Source: a virus (Duplodnaviria > Caudoviricetes). Taken from it: a stretch of DNA of 44,117 bases. The notes beneath the pieces are model-generated. The model worked only from the letters and a program-made list of their open reading frames with translations. It was not told where the DNA came from and did no database searches. Location of the stretch: positions 1 to 44,117 of IMG/VR virus record IMGVR_UViG_3300048855_000162; one strand, given 5' to 3'. The translations under genes were made by a program, and so were the position numbers. Below, one piece after another: positions 26,440 through 35,636 of the stretch; position 1 is the first letter of the stretch; each line of letters begins with the position of its first letter.

Positions 26440-27600
26440 ATGGTTTTTTTCCACGGCATCATCGTCACCGAACCCACCGACGGCGTCACCACGACGCTCG
26501 AGAAGTCGACCGCTGTGATCGGCCTGGTCGCCACCGCCGGCGCCACCGACGCAGAGACGATCGCCAAGCTCGAGGAAGCCTTTCCGCTCAATCGCCCGGT
26601 CTTGGTGACCGACGCGCGCGCGGCCGCCGGCCTCGCCGGCTCCACGGGCACCCTGGCGCCGGCGCTGATCACGATCGGCAAGCAGGGCTCGCCGCTGGTA
26701 GTCGTCGTCCGCGTGGCCGAAGGCGCCGATGCGGAGGCGACCTCCGCCAATGTGATCGGCGGCACCACCAACGGCGTCTACACCGGCCTGCAGGCGCTGC
26801 TCGCGGCCGAGGGCGTGCTTGGCGTCAAGCCACGGATCCTGGGCGCTCCCGGCCTCGACAACCTCGACGTCGTCCAGGAGCTCGTCGGGATCGCAAAGAA
26901 GCTGCGCGGCTTCGTCTATGCGTCGTGCGCCGGCGCCGAGACCCGCGACGCGGCCGTGACCTATCGCAAGACCTTCGCCGATCGCGAGCTCATGCTGATG
27001 TGGCCGGACGGCACTGCCTGGGACGGCCAGGCGATCGCCACCGCGCTCGGCCTGCGCGCGATGCTCGACGAACAGGTCGGGTGGCACCAGTCGCTGTCCA
27101 ACAACGTGGTCGCCGGCATCACCGGCATCACCAAGGACGTGCATTTCGACATCCGCGACATGTCGACCGATGCCGGCGTCCTCAACGCCGCGCAGGTGAC
27201 GACCATCGTCCGGCCGAACGGCTTCCGCTTCTGGGGCAACCGCACCTGCAGCGACGAAGCGGCCTTCGCTTTCGAGGTATCCGTGCGCACGTCTCAGGCG
27301 ATTCAGGACGTGATCGCGGACGCCTGCGCCCCCTACATCGACAAGCCGCTGACGCGCGGCCTGGTCACCTTCCTGGTCGACAAGATCAACGGCAAGCTGT
27401 CCGACTGGACGACCAATGGTCGCCTGATCGGGGCGCGCTGCTGGTACGACCCGGCGTCCAATCCGACCGCAAACCTGACGGGCGGCAACCTGGTCTTGGA
27501 CTATGACTACACGCCCTGCGCGCCGCTCGAGGGCCTGCAGCTGAACCAGCGCATCACCGACAAATATTACGCCGGCTTCGGTGACAGCCTGACGGTCTGA
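26440..27600 (+). CDS. Tail sheath (P2 gpFI)
   Basis: FHGI.V, TAVIGLV.TA, FPLN.PVL, YTGLQALL, KPRILGAPG, GFRFWGNRTCS. Confidence 0.95.
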   Translation: MVFFHGIIVTEPTDGVTTTLEKSTAVIGLVATAGATDAETIAKLEEAFPLNRPVLVTDARAAAGLAGSTGTLAPALITIGKQGSPLVVVVRVAEGADAEATSANVIGGTTNGVYTGLQALLAAEGVLGVKPRILGAPGLDNLDVVQELVGIAKKLRGFVYASCAGAETRDAAVTYRKTFADRELMLMWPDGTAWDGQAIATALGLRAMLDEQVGWHQSLSNNVVAGITGITKDVHFDIRDMSTDAGVLNAAQVTTIVRPNGFRFWGNRTCSDEAAFAFEVSVRTSQAIQDVIADACAPYIDKPLTRGLVTFLVDKINGKLSDWTTNGRLIGARCWYDPASNPTANLTGGNLVLDYDYTPCAPLEGLQLNQRITDKYYAGFGDSLTV

Positions 27601-27647
27601 TCGGCCGCGCCGCCCCTCCCCTTTTCCATCCGCAAGGACGCTGACCC

Positions 27648-28325
27648 ATGGGCCTGCCCGCTAAACTCAAGAACTGGGATGTCTACTCCAACGGCGAGGA
27701 TTACGCCGGTGTCGCCGCCGAGATCACGCTGCCGAAGCTGGCCGAAAAGGTCGAGTCGTGGCGCGGTGCCGGCATGCTCGCAGAGGTCGACGTGAGCATG
27801 GGGCTCGAAAAGCTCGAGCTCGAGCACAAGTACGGCGGCCTGGTCCTTGGCATCCTTCGCCAGTTCGGCGCCGTCGGTGTCAGCGCATCGATGATCCGCT
27901 TCGTCGGTGGCGTTATTGCCGAGGAAGTGGACAAGCTCGGCGCCGACGACATGCTGCTGATCGCGCGCGAGATCTCGACCTTCATGGACAAGGGCGAAAC
28001 CGTCGATCGCGACGACGACGACGCGGACGCCGACGCCCCGCGCAAGATGCACGCGACCGCCATGCTCTCGGTGCCGATCGCGCGCGAGGGTGGTGCGGCC
28101 CTGGACAAGCTCGAGCTCCGCCGTCCCGACGCCGGCGCCTTGCGCAATCTCTCACTGTCTGACGTCGGTCAGCTGCAGGTCCGGGCGCTGCTCACGCTGC
28201 TGCCGCGGATCTGCACCGAGAAGCTCACCCGCAAGGATCTGCTGAAGATCGACTTCGCAGATTGGATGGAAATCGCTGGCGAGGTCGGGGATTTTTTGCT
28301 GCCGAGGCGGCTGCGCACCGTCTGA
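27648..28325 (+). pseudogene. In-frame fusion of tail tube FII (residues 1-87) with tail chaperone gpE
   Basis: Tube homology (LPAKLKN, TLPKL, RGAGM, IRFVG) stops at ~27908; the rest is gpE-like (LRRPDAGALR, LLPRI, GEVGDFL). Confidence 0.8.
28289..28298 (+). other. -1 programmed frameshift site (E to E+E')
   Basis: GAT TTT TTG T6G run at the end of E, as in P2; the -1 frame is open to 28462. Confidence 0.75.
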
Positions 28326-28462
28326 TCGAGGACCTCGAGGACGCGATGGCCAACATCCTCGCCGTCCTCGGGGGACCTTCCTACGAAGCTCTTTGCGCCA
28401 TGTACCCGGCCGATCTGATGCGCTGGCACGATCGCGCGCTGGACCGCGCCTCCAAGGAATAG
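28298..28462 (+). CDS. gpE' frameshift extension
   Basis: LEDAMANILAV.G.P...L.AM...DLMRWH.RA P2 E' signature. Confidence 0.8.
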   Translation, partial: AAEAAAHRLIEDLEDAMANILAVLGGPSYEALCAMYPADLMRWHDRALDRASKE

Positions 28463-28466
28463 CCGC

Positions 28467-31043
28467 ATGGATCGGACGCTCAGCCTCGCAGTCAAGTTCA
28501 CCGGGCTCGACAAGCTGAGCGGCCCGCTCAAGAAGATGGCGCTCGGTAGCCGCGGCGCTGCCAGGGACGTTGCGAAGACCACGCGCGAGCTCGCCGAGCT
28601 CGGCAAGGCGCAGGATCGCTTGGGCCGGCACAAGGCGCTGCAGACCGGCCTGCAGGCGAACAACGCGAAGCTGGACGAAAGCCGGCGCCGGATCCGCGCA
28701 TTGCGCGAGGAGATCGCGCAGACCGACGCTCCCACCAAGCGGCTGAAGAATAGCCTCGCCAGCGCGACGCGGGAAGAGGCACGCCTCACCGCGTCCGGCG
28801 AAAAGCAGGCGGCTAGGCTGCGCACGCTGCAGGCAGAAATGAAGGCTGCCGGCGTCGACACTAGGCGCCTCACCGATCACGAGCGCGAGCTCGCGCGGGC
28901 GACCCATGACACGACGGAGCGCCTTGCGCAGCAGCAGCGCCGGCTTGCGCACACCGATGCCCGACGCGCCCGCGTCACGCAGGCGGGTGAGATCGGTGGA
29001 AAGCTGCAGACGGCCGGGGTGGGCGCCACTGCCGCGTCCGCGGCAATTGGCGCTCCCCTTTTCGCGGCGGCGGAAACCTGGCGGCAATTCGAGAGCGGCA
29101 TGACGGATGTCGCTCAGAAGGGCGACACCACGCGTGAGGCGCTCAGCCGCATCGGTGACACGGTGTTGGACATGGGGCCACAGCTGGGACAGCTGCCGAC
29201 GACGTTGCAGCACGGTTTGGACACCCTGGCGGGCTTGGGTATGGCGGTACCGCAAGCCGTCTCCGCACTTCGACCGATCGGGGAGACCGCAACGGCGTAC
29301 AAGGCCGACGTCGATGATCTCTCCAATGCGGTATACGCCGCCACCTCCAACCTGAAGCTGTTCGCCGGCGCTGAAGGCGACGCGGCCGAGCAGCAGCGCC
29401 GTACCGCGCACGCCCTGGACGTCATGGCTGTAGCTGGCAAGCGCGGCGGTTTCGAACTGAAGGACATGGCCAAGCACTTCCCGTCGCTGACGGCGCGTGC
29501 GCAGGCGCTGGGGCAGTCCGGCGCCGGCGCTGTCGCGGATCTATCGGCCGCGCTGCAGATCGCGCGTCGCGGCGCCGGCGACGCCGACGAGGCAGCGACC
29601 AACGTTCAGAACGTCCTCGCCAAGATCAACATGAAGGACACAATCGACAACTTCAAAAAGTTCGGCATCGATCTGCCGAAGTCGCTGAAGCGTGCCTATG
29701 CCCAGGGCAAGACCCCGCTCGAGGCGATTGCAGAGCTGACCAACCAGGCGCTGAAAGGCGACCTGAACAAGCTGCCGTTCCTGTTCGGCGACATGCAGGC
29801 GCAATCGGGCATCATCGCCCTCATTCAGAACCTAGAAGACTATAAGCGCATCCGTGCGGAAGCCGCCGCCGCTGGCGACGTGGTTCATCAGGACTTTATC
29901 GACCGGATGAACGAAAGCGCCGCGGCGACGAAGGTCTTCGACGCCAGCATGGAAAAAGTCGGCGCAAAGATCGGCCGCATCGTTGCTCCCCAAATCGACC
30001 GGCTGAAGCTCAATGTGGCAGGAACGCTGGAGAGGTTCGTCGAGTGGGGAGACCGCAATCCTGCGCTGTTCAACAGCCTGGTGACCCTCGCCGCGGCCGC
30101 CGCCGCCGTGCTCGCGATCGTCGGCCCGCTCGCGATTGCGATCGGGTTCATGGCTCCTGGCTTGGCGATGATGTGGAACGGCATCGCCCGCCTGGTGCCG
30201 GTGCTCCGCTTTGCCTTCACCGCGCTGCGGTTCCTCGGAGGCGGCTTCCTTTGGCTCGCCCGTCTCGCGATGGCCAATCCGTTCCTCGCCCTCATTGGCG
30301 GGCTCATCCTCGCCGCCTACCTGATCTACACGCATTGGGACCAGGTGAAGGCGTTCTTCGTCGGCGTGTGGCAGGAGATCCGCACGGCTTTCGCCGGCGG
30401 CATCGGCGGCATCGCGGCGCTGATCATCAACTGGTCGCCGCTCGGCCTGTTCTATCGCGCCTTCGCGGCTGTGATGTCGTGGTTCGGCATCAGCCTGCCC
30501 GCGAAATTCACGCAGTTTGGCAGCAACATCGTGTCGGGCCTGGTGAACGGCTTCCTGGGCAAGCTGCCCGCGCTGAAGGCAAAGGTGGTCGGGGTCGCCA
30601 ATTCCGTCGCCACCTGGTTCAAGTCGGCGCTCGGCATCCACTCGCCAAGTCGGGTGTTCATGGGGCTCGGCGGTTTCCTCACTCAGGGGCTGGCGATCGG
30701 CGTCGACCGCGGCGCTTCGCAGCCGCTGGAGCGGATCCGCAGCGTCGCTGGCCGAATGGCGGCCGCCGGCGCCGACGCCGCCGCACCCGGTCGCCTCGCA
30801 CGATCGGCGCGCACCGTCGCCGGCGCGCTCGCGCTGGGTGGCGCCGCCCCCGCGGTGGCGGCGTCGCCGGCCGTCGGCGGCTCGGCCGCAGCCACGGGTG
30901 CCGCCCCGACGATCAACTACAACACCTTCCACATCCGCATCGATGGCGCTTTCGGCGACGTGCGGGCGATGGCGCGCGAGTTAAAGGCGGAGCTCGCGCG
31001 GCTCGACGCGCAGGACCGTACCGGCTCCTACGAGGACGATTGA
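28467..31043 (+). CDS. Tail tape measure protein (gpT)
   Basis: 858 aa, Ala-rich helical, DKLSGPLK start, LGIHSPSRVF motif. Confidence 0.93.
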   Translation: MDRTLSLAVKFTGLDKLSGPLKKMALGSRGAARDVAKTTRELAELGKAQDRLGRHKALQTGLQANNAKLDESRRRIRALREEIAQTDAPTKRLKNSLASATREEARLTASGEKQAARLRTLQAEMKAAGVDTRRLTDHERELARATHDTTERLAQQQRRLAHTDARRARVTQAGEIGGKLQTAGVGATAASAAIGAPLFAAAETWRQFESGMTDVAQKGDTTREALSRIGDTVLDMGPQLGQLPTTLQHGLDTLAGLGMAVPQAVSALRPIGETATAYKADVDDLSNAVYAATSNLKLFAGAEGDAAEQQRRTAHALDVMAVAGKRGGFELKDMAKHFPSLTARAQALGQSGAGAVADLSAALQIARRGAGDADEAATNVQNVLAKINMKDTIDNFKKFGIDLPKSLKRAYAQGKTPLEAIAELTNQALKGDLNKLPFLFGDMQAQSGIIALIQNLEDYKRIRAEAAAAGDVVHQDFIDRMNESAAATKVFDASMEKVGAKIGRIVAPQIDRLKLNVAGTLERFVEWGDRNPALFNSLVTLAAAAAAVLAIVGPLAIAIGFMAPGLAMMWNGIARLVPVLRFAFTALRFLGGGFLWLARLAMANPFLALIGGLILAAYLIYTHWDQVKAFFVGVWQEIRTAFAGGIGGIAALIINWSPLGLFYRAFAAVMSWFGISLPAKFTQFGSNIVSGLVNGFLGKLPALKAKVVGVANSVATWFKSALGIHSPSRVFMGLGGFLTQGLAIGVDRGASQPLERIRSVAGRMAAAGADAAAPGRLARSARTVAGALALGGAAPAVAASPAVGGSAAATGAAPTINYNTFHIRIDGAFGDVRAMARELKAELARLDAQDRTGSYEDD

Positions 31044-31046
31044 TCC

Positions 31047-31421
31047 ATGCTGCTCGCCTTCGGCCTGTTCGTCTTCGAACTCCCCTCCCTGCTGTTCGAC
31101 GAACTGCAGCGTCGCACCGACTGGCGTCACGCCAGCAACGAGCGCGTGGGCGCGCGCGACGCCAGCCAGTTCCTGGGTCCAGGCAAGGACCACGTCTCGA
31201 TCTCGGGCACGTTACTGCCCGAGGTCGCCGGCAGCTTCGCCTCGATCCGCACCTTGCGAACCATGGCCGACGAGGGCGAGGCATGGCCGCTCACCGCCGG
31301 CACCGGCCAGGTCCTGGGCAACTTCGTCCTGGTCGCGCTGGATGAACGGCAGAAGTTCTTCACGCTCGACGGCGTCCCCCGGCGCACCGACTTCGTGCTC
31401 GAGCTCGAGCGCGTGTCGTGA
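31047..31421 (+). CDS. Tail protein (P2 gpU)
   Basis: MLLAFGLFVF, WRH..N.RVG, QFLGPG, F..DG.PRR.DF.L.LERV. Confidence 0.92.
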   Translation: MLLAFGLFVFELPSLLFDELQRRTDWRHASNERVGARDASQFLGPGKDHVSISGTLLPEVAGSFASIRTLRTMADEGEAWPLTAGTGQVLGNFVLVALDERQKFFTLDGVPRRTDFVLELERVS

Positions 31422-32497
31422 TCCCCGCCCTGCTCACCGCCTCCGGCCCGCTCGCGCGATCGATGTCCAGCGAGCGGCGCCAGAACGTCGCGGATTTCCG
31501 GCTGACGATGGACGGCCAGGATCTCACCGATCGCGTGCGGCCGCGCCTGATCTCGCTTCGCCTGAGCGAAAAGCGTGGCGGCGAGGCCGACGATCTCGAC
31601 CTGGTGCTGGACGACAGCGACGGCAAGCTGGTGATCCCGCGCAAGGGCGTGCGGATCCAGCTGGCGCTGGGCTGGCGGTGCGGCGCAGACGTCAACATCG
31701 GCATGGTCGACAAGGGCAGCTTCACCGTCGACGAGGCCAGCTGGGACAGTGCGCCCGACACCATCACCATTCGCGCGCGCTCGGCCGACCTGACCGGCGG
31801 CTATCGCGTTCGGCGGGAGCGCAGCCACCGCGCCACCACCTTGGGCGCGATCGTCGCTCAGGTCGCGGCGGCGCACGGATACACGCCCCACGTCGACGCG
31901 ACCCTCGCGTCGGTGCCGGTCGACGTCCTGGTGCAGGACCAGCGTTCCGACATGGCGATGATCCGGACGCTCGGCCGCCAGCACGATGCCGTTGCCACCG
32001 TGAAGAACGGCCGGCTCATCCTGCAGCGCATCGGCGCCGGCAGCACGAGCTCGGGCCGCGCGCTGCCCACGGCCACCATCCTGCGCAGCGACGTCGATCG
32101 CGCGACCTGGCGCACCGTCGATCGCGACGCCTACACCAAGGTGGAGGCACGCTGGCACGACCAGGACGGCGCGACCCGCCGGACGGTTGCGGTCGATGTC
32201 GCCGGCGGGACCGGTACCAGCGACGACAAGAAGGTGCGCCGGCTGAAGAAGACCTATCACAGCGAGGCCGACGCCCGCGCCGCCGCCCAGGCCGAAGCCG
32301 GCCGCGTCGCCCGCCGTGGCGCCGAGCTCACGCTGGACCTCGGCTTCGGCCGCCCGGATCTGTATCCCGAGCAGCGCATCCGAGTTGCAGGCTTCAAAGC
32401 CGCGATCGATGCAGCCGGTTGGATCATCGCCAAGGCCGATCACGCGCTCGACGGCCGCGGCGGGCTCACCACGTCGCTGGGGCTAGAGACATCGTGA
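31418..32497 (+). CDS. Late control / baseplate hub (P2 gpD)
   Basis: RLISL.L.EKRG.EAD.L, LALGW, DKGSFTVDE, PDTI.IRARSADL, GRPDLYPE; start may be 31463. Confidence 0.92.
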   Translation: MIPALLTASGPLARSMSSERRQNVADFRLTMDGQDLTDRVRPRLISLRLSEKRGGEADDLDLVLDDSDGKLVIPRKGVRIQLALGWRCGADVNIGMVDKGSFTVDEASWDSAPDTITIRARSADLTGGYRVRRERSHRATTLGAIVAQVAAAHGYTPHVDATLASVPVDVLVQDQRSDMAMIRTLGRQHDAVATVKNGRLILQRIGAGSTSSGRALPTATILRSDVDRATWRTVDRDAYTKVEARWHDQDGATRRTVAVDVAGGTGTSDDKKVRRLKKTYHSEADARAAAQAEAGRVARRGAELTLDLGFGRPDLYPEQRIRVAGFKAAIDAAGWIIAKADHALDGRGGLTTSLGLETS

Positions 32498-32508
32498 TCA
32501 TCTGAGAA

Positions 32509-33426
32509 TCAGACGCCTTCCATGCCGTCTGGATCTGGGTCAGCTTCGATACTCCTCAGTAAGGTCCTCCCCAGCGCCTGATCCACCCTGCTGACTGTTG
32601 TCAGGTAGACTTCCACTTCTGTGGTTTCACCACGAGCATTAAGCCGTCCCACGCGAGCGTTTCTGATGCCCTTGATAGCTTCGAGCGCCGTGTCTAGCCG
32701 GCTGTTGGGCACACGTAAGGTTTCGACGGTCGTCAATCCGCCTCCGGTGGGTGCCCTCAGAAAAGCGCTGCTGAGCAGCCCTGCGGGAGCAGGGTCCTTG
32801 GTTGATCCGATCGAGCTTTCGAGTCGTCGGATTGCGGAGCTCATCTGCTCCAACTGCCCAAGGACTGCCTCCTGCAGCGGAATCGCTTCGGTACCCGGCG
32901 TGCCCGGCTCGATGGGTCCGAACGTCTTGATGAACGGCCGATAGCTTCCGCCGTCAACCAAGGCTGCGACAGCATCGATGCGTTCAGCCAGTCGGTCGAT
33001 GAAAGTCTCGGTGCGTAAGATGTGGAGATCCCGCGGATACGGGATGTACTCGATTGCATTGATGTCGAAGGGGGGTTTCACCAGCTCGTCCGTGATGATG
33101 ATCGTCGGCTTACCAAAAGCGAGCCGCATGCCGAGCTCGAGCATCACGTTGGAGTTGAGCCCGCTGACGTCGCAGATCGCGATCGGCAAGTCATAGAGGT
33201 TCCGGACGATCCGTTCCTGGATGATGTCAGCGGCGCCGCCCGACCACACCGGTTCGGCATTACGACCGGTCTGCTCGATCGCGCGGCTAATGAGCGACAG
33301 GACCTCCGCCCAGTGGGCGGCGTCATAGCCCGGCATGGCTGCGATTGGCATGATGATGCCGCAGCCCTGGCTGCTTTGTTCGGGTGGCGAGCCGCTTTCT
33401 CCGGCGGGCTGCGATGCTTTTGCCAT
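32509..33426 (-). CDS. Nucleoside 2-deoxyribosyltransferase (NDT)-like protein, moron
   Basis: CGIIMPI, I.ERI..NL....IAICDVSGLNSNVMLELGMRLAFGKP, PFDI..I.YI.Y; antisense to tail operon. Confidence 0.65.
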   Translation of the reverse strand: MAKASQPAGESGSPPEQSSQGCGIIMPIAAMPGYDAAHWAEVLSLISRAIEQTGRNAEPVWSGGAADIIQERIVRNLYDLPIAICDVSGLNSNVMLELGMRLAFGKPTIIITDELVKPPFDINAIEYIPYPRDLHILRTETFIDRLAERIDAVAALVDGGSYRPFIKTFGPIEPGTPGTEAIPLQEAVLGQLEQMSSAIRRLESSIGSTKDPAPAGLLSSAFLRAPTGGGLTTVETLRVPNSRLDTALEAIKGIRNARVGRLNARGETTEVEVYLTTVSRVDQALGRTLLRSIEADPDPDGMEGV

Positions 33427-33490
33427 GAAGTCTTTCAGTGTTGTCCGCCGTCGCCGGCGAAAGGGCGCTGGGTTGCTGGGAATGAGAAAT

Positions 33491-33519
33491 GGGCCGCCGG
33501 GCGCAACGCCCGGCGACCC
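33491..33519 (-). terminator. Putative intrinsic terminator downstream of the small HTH gene
   Basis: GGGTCGCCGGGCG-TTG-CGCCCGGCGGCCC followed by ATTTCTCATT on the minus strand; weak U tract. Confidence 0.55.
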
Positions 33520-33531
33520 ACCGCTTCCGTC

Positions 33532-33732
33532 TTAGCGGGGCGGCAGTCCCGTCACGTGATTACCACGGAGCCCGGTGTTGATCTCAGACACGCGTCCGGG
33601 GTTCACACCGTAATCCGCTGCGATGTCGTGCTGGAAATCGCCTGCACGCAGGCGACGCCAGATGTCGGCAATCGCCACATCGGAGAGGGGAAAGCGCGGC
33701 CGCCGACGCGGCCGATGCGGAATGTTTGCCAT
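33532..33732 (-). CDS. 66-aa HTH protein
   Basis: GAGGT RBS; GDFQHDIAADYGVNPGRVSEINTG helix-turn-helix. Confidence 0.75.
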   Translation of the reverse strand: MANIPHRPRRRPRFPLSDVAIADIWRRLRAGDFQHDIAADYGVNPGRVSEINTGLRGNHVTGLPPR

Positions 33733-33765
33733 TGCTACCTCATGATCAGGCAAACGACCGACTTG

Positions 33766-33897
33766 ACGGGCACCCGGTGTGCGTGTGAAACCGCACGCAC
33801 ACCGGGGAGTTACCCGGTCCTGCGCGTCGGACCAGACAAAGAGCGCAGGACTTGCCCCGTAGAGGCCCGGTGCGGGAACACCGGGCCTCAACCTTTT
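33766..33897 (-). ncRNA. Candidate structured RNA / 5' leader of the HTH gene
   Basis: Perfect stems of 13 bp (33773-33806), 9 bp (33817-33851) and 11 bp (33862-33889); the first two are enclosed by 33766-33772/33853-33860; strand inferred. Confidence 0.5.
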
Positions 33898-34131
33898 TGG
33901 GGCAATCACAACGATCTAATCTGGAAGAAGAACGCGAGTCTAGATGACTCTGCGCCGCCGCGCCCTGTCCACCGCACAAGAACGGAACAGGGGTATCCGC
34001 GACGCGTGGAGAGTCCTAGTCTTCAAGCGAAAAGCGACCGTTGAAAAATATACTTCAGCTGTGAAGTGGTTTCCGGTTCTGCAGGAAGACCTCGGTCAAC
34101 ACGCGCCGCCCGCCCTTACGATCCCCGCAAT

Positions 34132-34755
34132 TTAGCGCCGCAGCATTTCCTCCCCGCTTACCCACGACAGCACCCGATCCTTGCGAAAGGTGCGCATGGC
34201 GTGGCGGTCCAGGCAGAGGCCCTTCACGTAATAGCGGGTGTCGATCCAGTTGATGATCGTGCGTTCGGTGACGATGCCGTCGGCGTCGGCATATTCGAAC
34301 GACAGCGGCACCACGCGCTCGACATCGCCGGTGAGTTCGCCCTCGTCTTCCTCGTCGTCGTGCCAGGACGTTGTCGCCGGTGCCGGCCGTGACGGAGGTA
34401 CCCACGCGAGGTGCGGTGCTAGCGGGGTTGGGCGTGCTGTGGGGGACGTGCCAAATGCCGGGATGAAGGTGCTAGCAACGACAGGCTTGGTCTCCCCGTC
34501 GCTGGGCTCGGTCCCGGCGGCTCCATCCTGATCCTGTGTAAGCACGCCTATAAGAATCAAAATCGAAAAGCCGGTGATCGCGACGGTCCACCAGATGGAG
34601 GACATGGCTGCTAAGCCAGCCACCATACCGAATACCGTGCCCAGTCCCACCTTCATGACGCGACTGCTCTCTGAGAAATCTGGCGATCGGTGCGCCGCGA
34701 GGATCCAACTCGATGCGGTCAGCAGCATCCCACCCCAAAGCGTAATTTCGTACAT
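34132..34755 (-). CDS. Membrane-anchored WYL-like domain protein
   Basis: N-terminal TM segments, Pro/acidic linker, then FEYADADG..TER.I...YVKGLC..R.AMRTFRKDRV. Confidence 0.65.
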   Translation of the reverse strand: MYEITLWGGMLLTASSWILAAHRSPDFSESSRVMKVGLGTVFGMVAGLAAMSSIWWTVAITGFSILILIGVLTQDQDGAAGTEPSDGETKPVVASTFIPAFGTSPTARPTPLAPHLAWVPPSRPAPATTSWHDDEEDEGELTGDVERVVPLSFEYADADGIVTERTIINWIDTRYYVKGLCLDRHAMRTFRKDRVLSWVSGEEMLRR

Positions 34756-34777
34756 CCTGCCCCCAGCTGTTCGATGC

Positions 34778-35146
34778 TCAAGAACCGCTGTCGATGTGCG
34801 TGCCGGATTTTCCCGACATCGCGGGTGCCGACGCGCGCGCTGCCATCACGTCCAGAAGCGTCATGACCGCCTTCATCTGATCGTCATCAAGCCGACGGAG
34901 GAGAACCACAGCCTCCGCATATGGCGACTCAAGCGAATCAAAGACGCGACGGCCGGTTAGAACGAAGCAAACGTCCACGCCGGTCTTGGCAATCTTGTTC
35001 AGATACGCCGTGTTAGGATGGGTTTTTCCGGCTTCGTACTCGGCTTGGCTATGACGCGAAACATCACCAATCGCCCCGAGTTGCTCTTGGTTGAGCCCGG
35101 TTTTGCGACGTTCTTCACGCAAGCGCTGACCGACCGAGTCGCTCAA
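34778..35146 (-). CDS. Prophage repressor (XRE HTH)
   Basis: VGQRLREERRKTGLNQ..LG....VSR.SQ..YE.GK..P...YL......GVDV.FVLTG; TTG start inferred; no peptidase domain. Confidence 0.85.
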   Translation of the reverse strand: MSDSVGQRLREERRKTGLNQEQLGAIGDVSRHSQAEYEAGKTHPNTAYLNKIAKTGVDVCFVLTGRRVFDSLESPYAEAVVLLRRLDDDQMKAVMTLLDVMAARASAPAMSGKSGTHIDSGS

Positions 35147-35231
35147 TGGATGTTTTTCCCAGCATCCATATTGACGATGTTGCCTTTTACCTGCATCTTG
35201 CACCAACAGTATCCAAGAAGGTGCATGGCAC
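35146..35231. promoter_or_regulatory. Divergent lysis/lysogeny control region
   Basis: TTGACG-17 bp-CATCTT rightward promoter candidate from 35171; inverted repeat ATGGATG-N10-CATCCAT at 35146-35169. Confidence 0.55.
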
Positions 35232-35546
35232 ATGATGGCCGATTCGGTCGCGCGAGATTCGATGCAAGGACCCGCCGCAGCGGGCAGCATCGACGCGCGT
35301 CCGGCACGTTCCATGTCAGAGCGCATCGGCGCGGCGAAGGCGCGCTTCAAAGCGCAGGGCGTGACGATCGCCGATTGGGCGGATGCCGAAGGTTATAACC
35401 GACGGCTCGTCTACAAGGTGCTGGCAGGCCGGCTGAACTGCGACTTCGGTATCAGCCACAACATAGCGGTGAAACTCGACATCAAGGATGGCGAGGTCAA
35501 CCCGGCCCACGAGCCGCAGCCCACCCTGGCGCTCTCCAATGCTTGA
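35232..35546 (+). CDS. Cro/Ner-like DNA-binding protein (BcepMu gp16-like)
   Basis: F..QGVTIADWA...GY...LVY.VL.GR..C.FG.SH.IAVKL.IK.G; divergent from repressor; start may be 35313. Confidence 0.8.
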   Translation: MMADSVARDSMQGPAAAGSIDARPARSMSERIGAAKARFKAQGVTIADWADAEGYNRRLVYKVLAGRLNCDFGISHNIAVKLDIKDGEVNPAHEPQPTLALSNA

Positions 35547-35636
35547 TCCTGCTGCCCCCATGACGGTGCATGCAGGTAGCGCGGCGCACACGCCGCGTCC
35601 GCCGCGATCGGCACGCGCTTTTGCGGCGACGGCTCG

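Noticed and set aside
33733-34131. Retron msr-msd
   Set aside because: No reverse transcriptase in the window; kept only as a generic structured RNA candidate.
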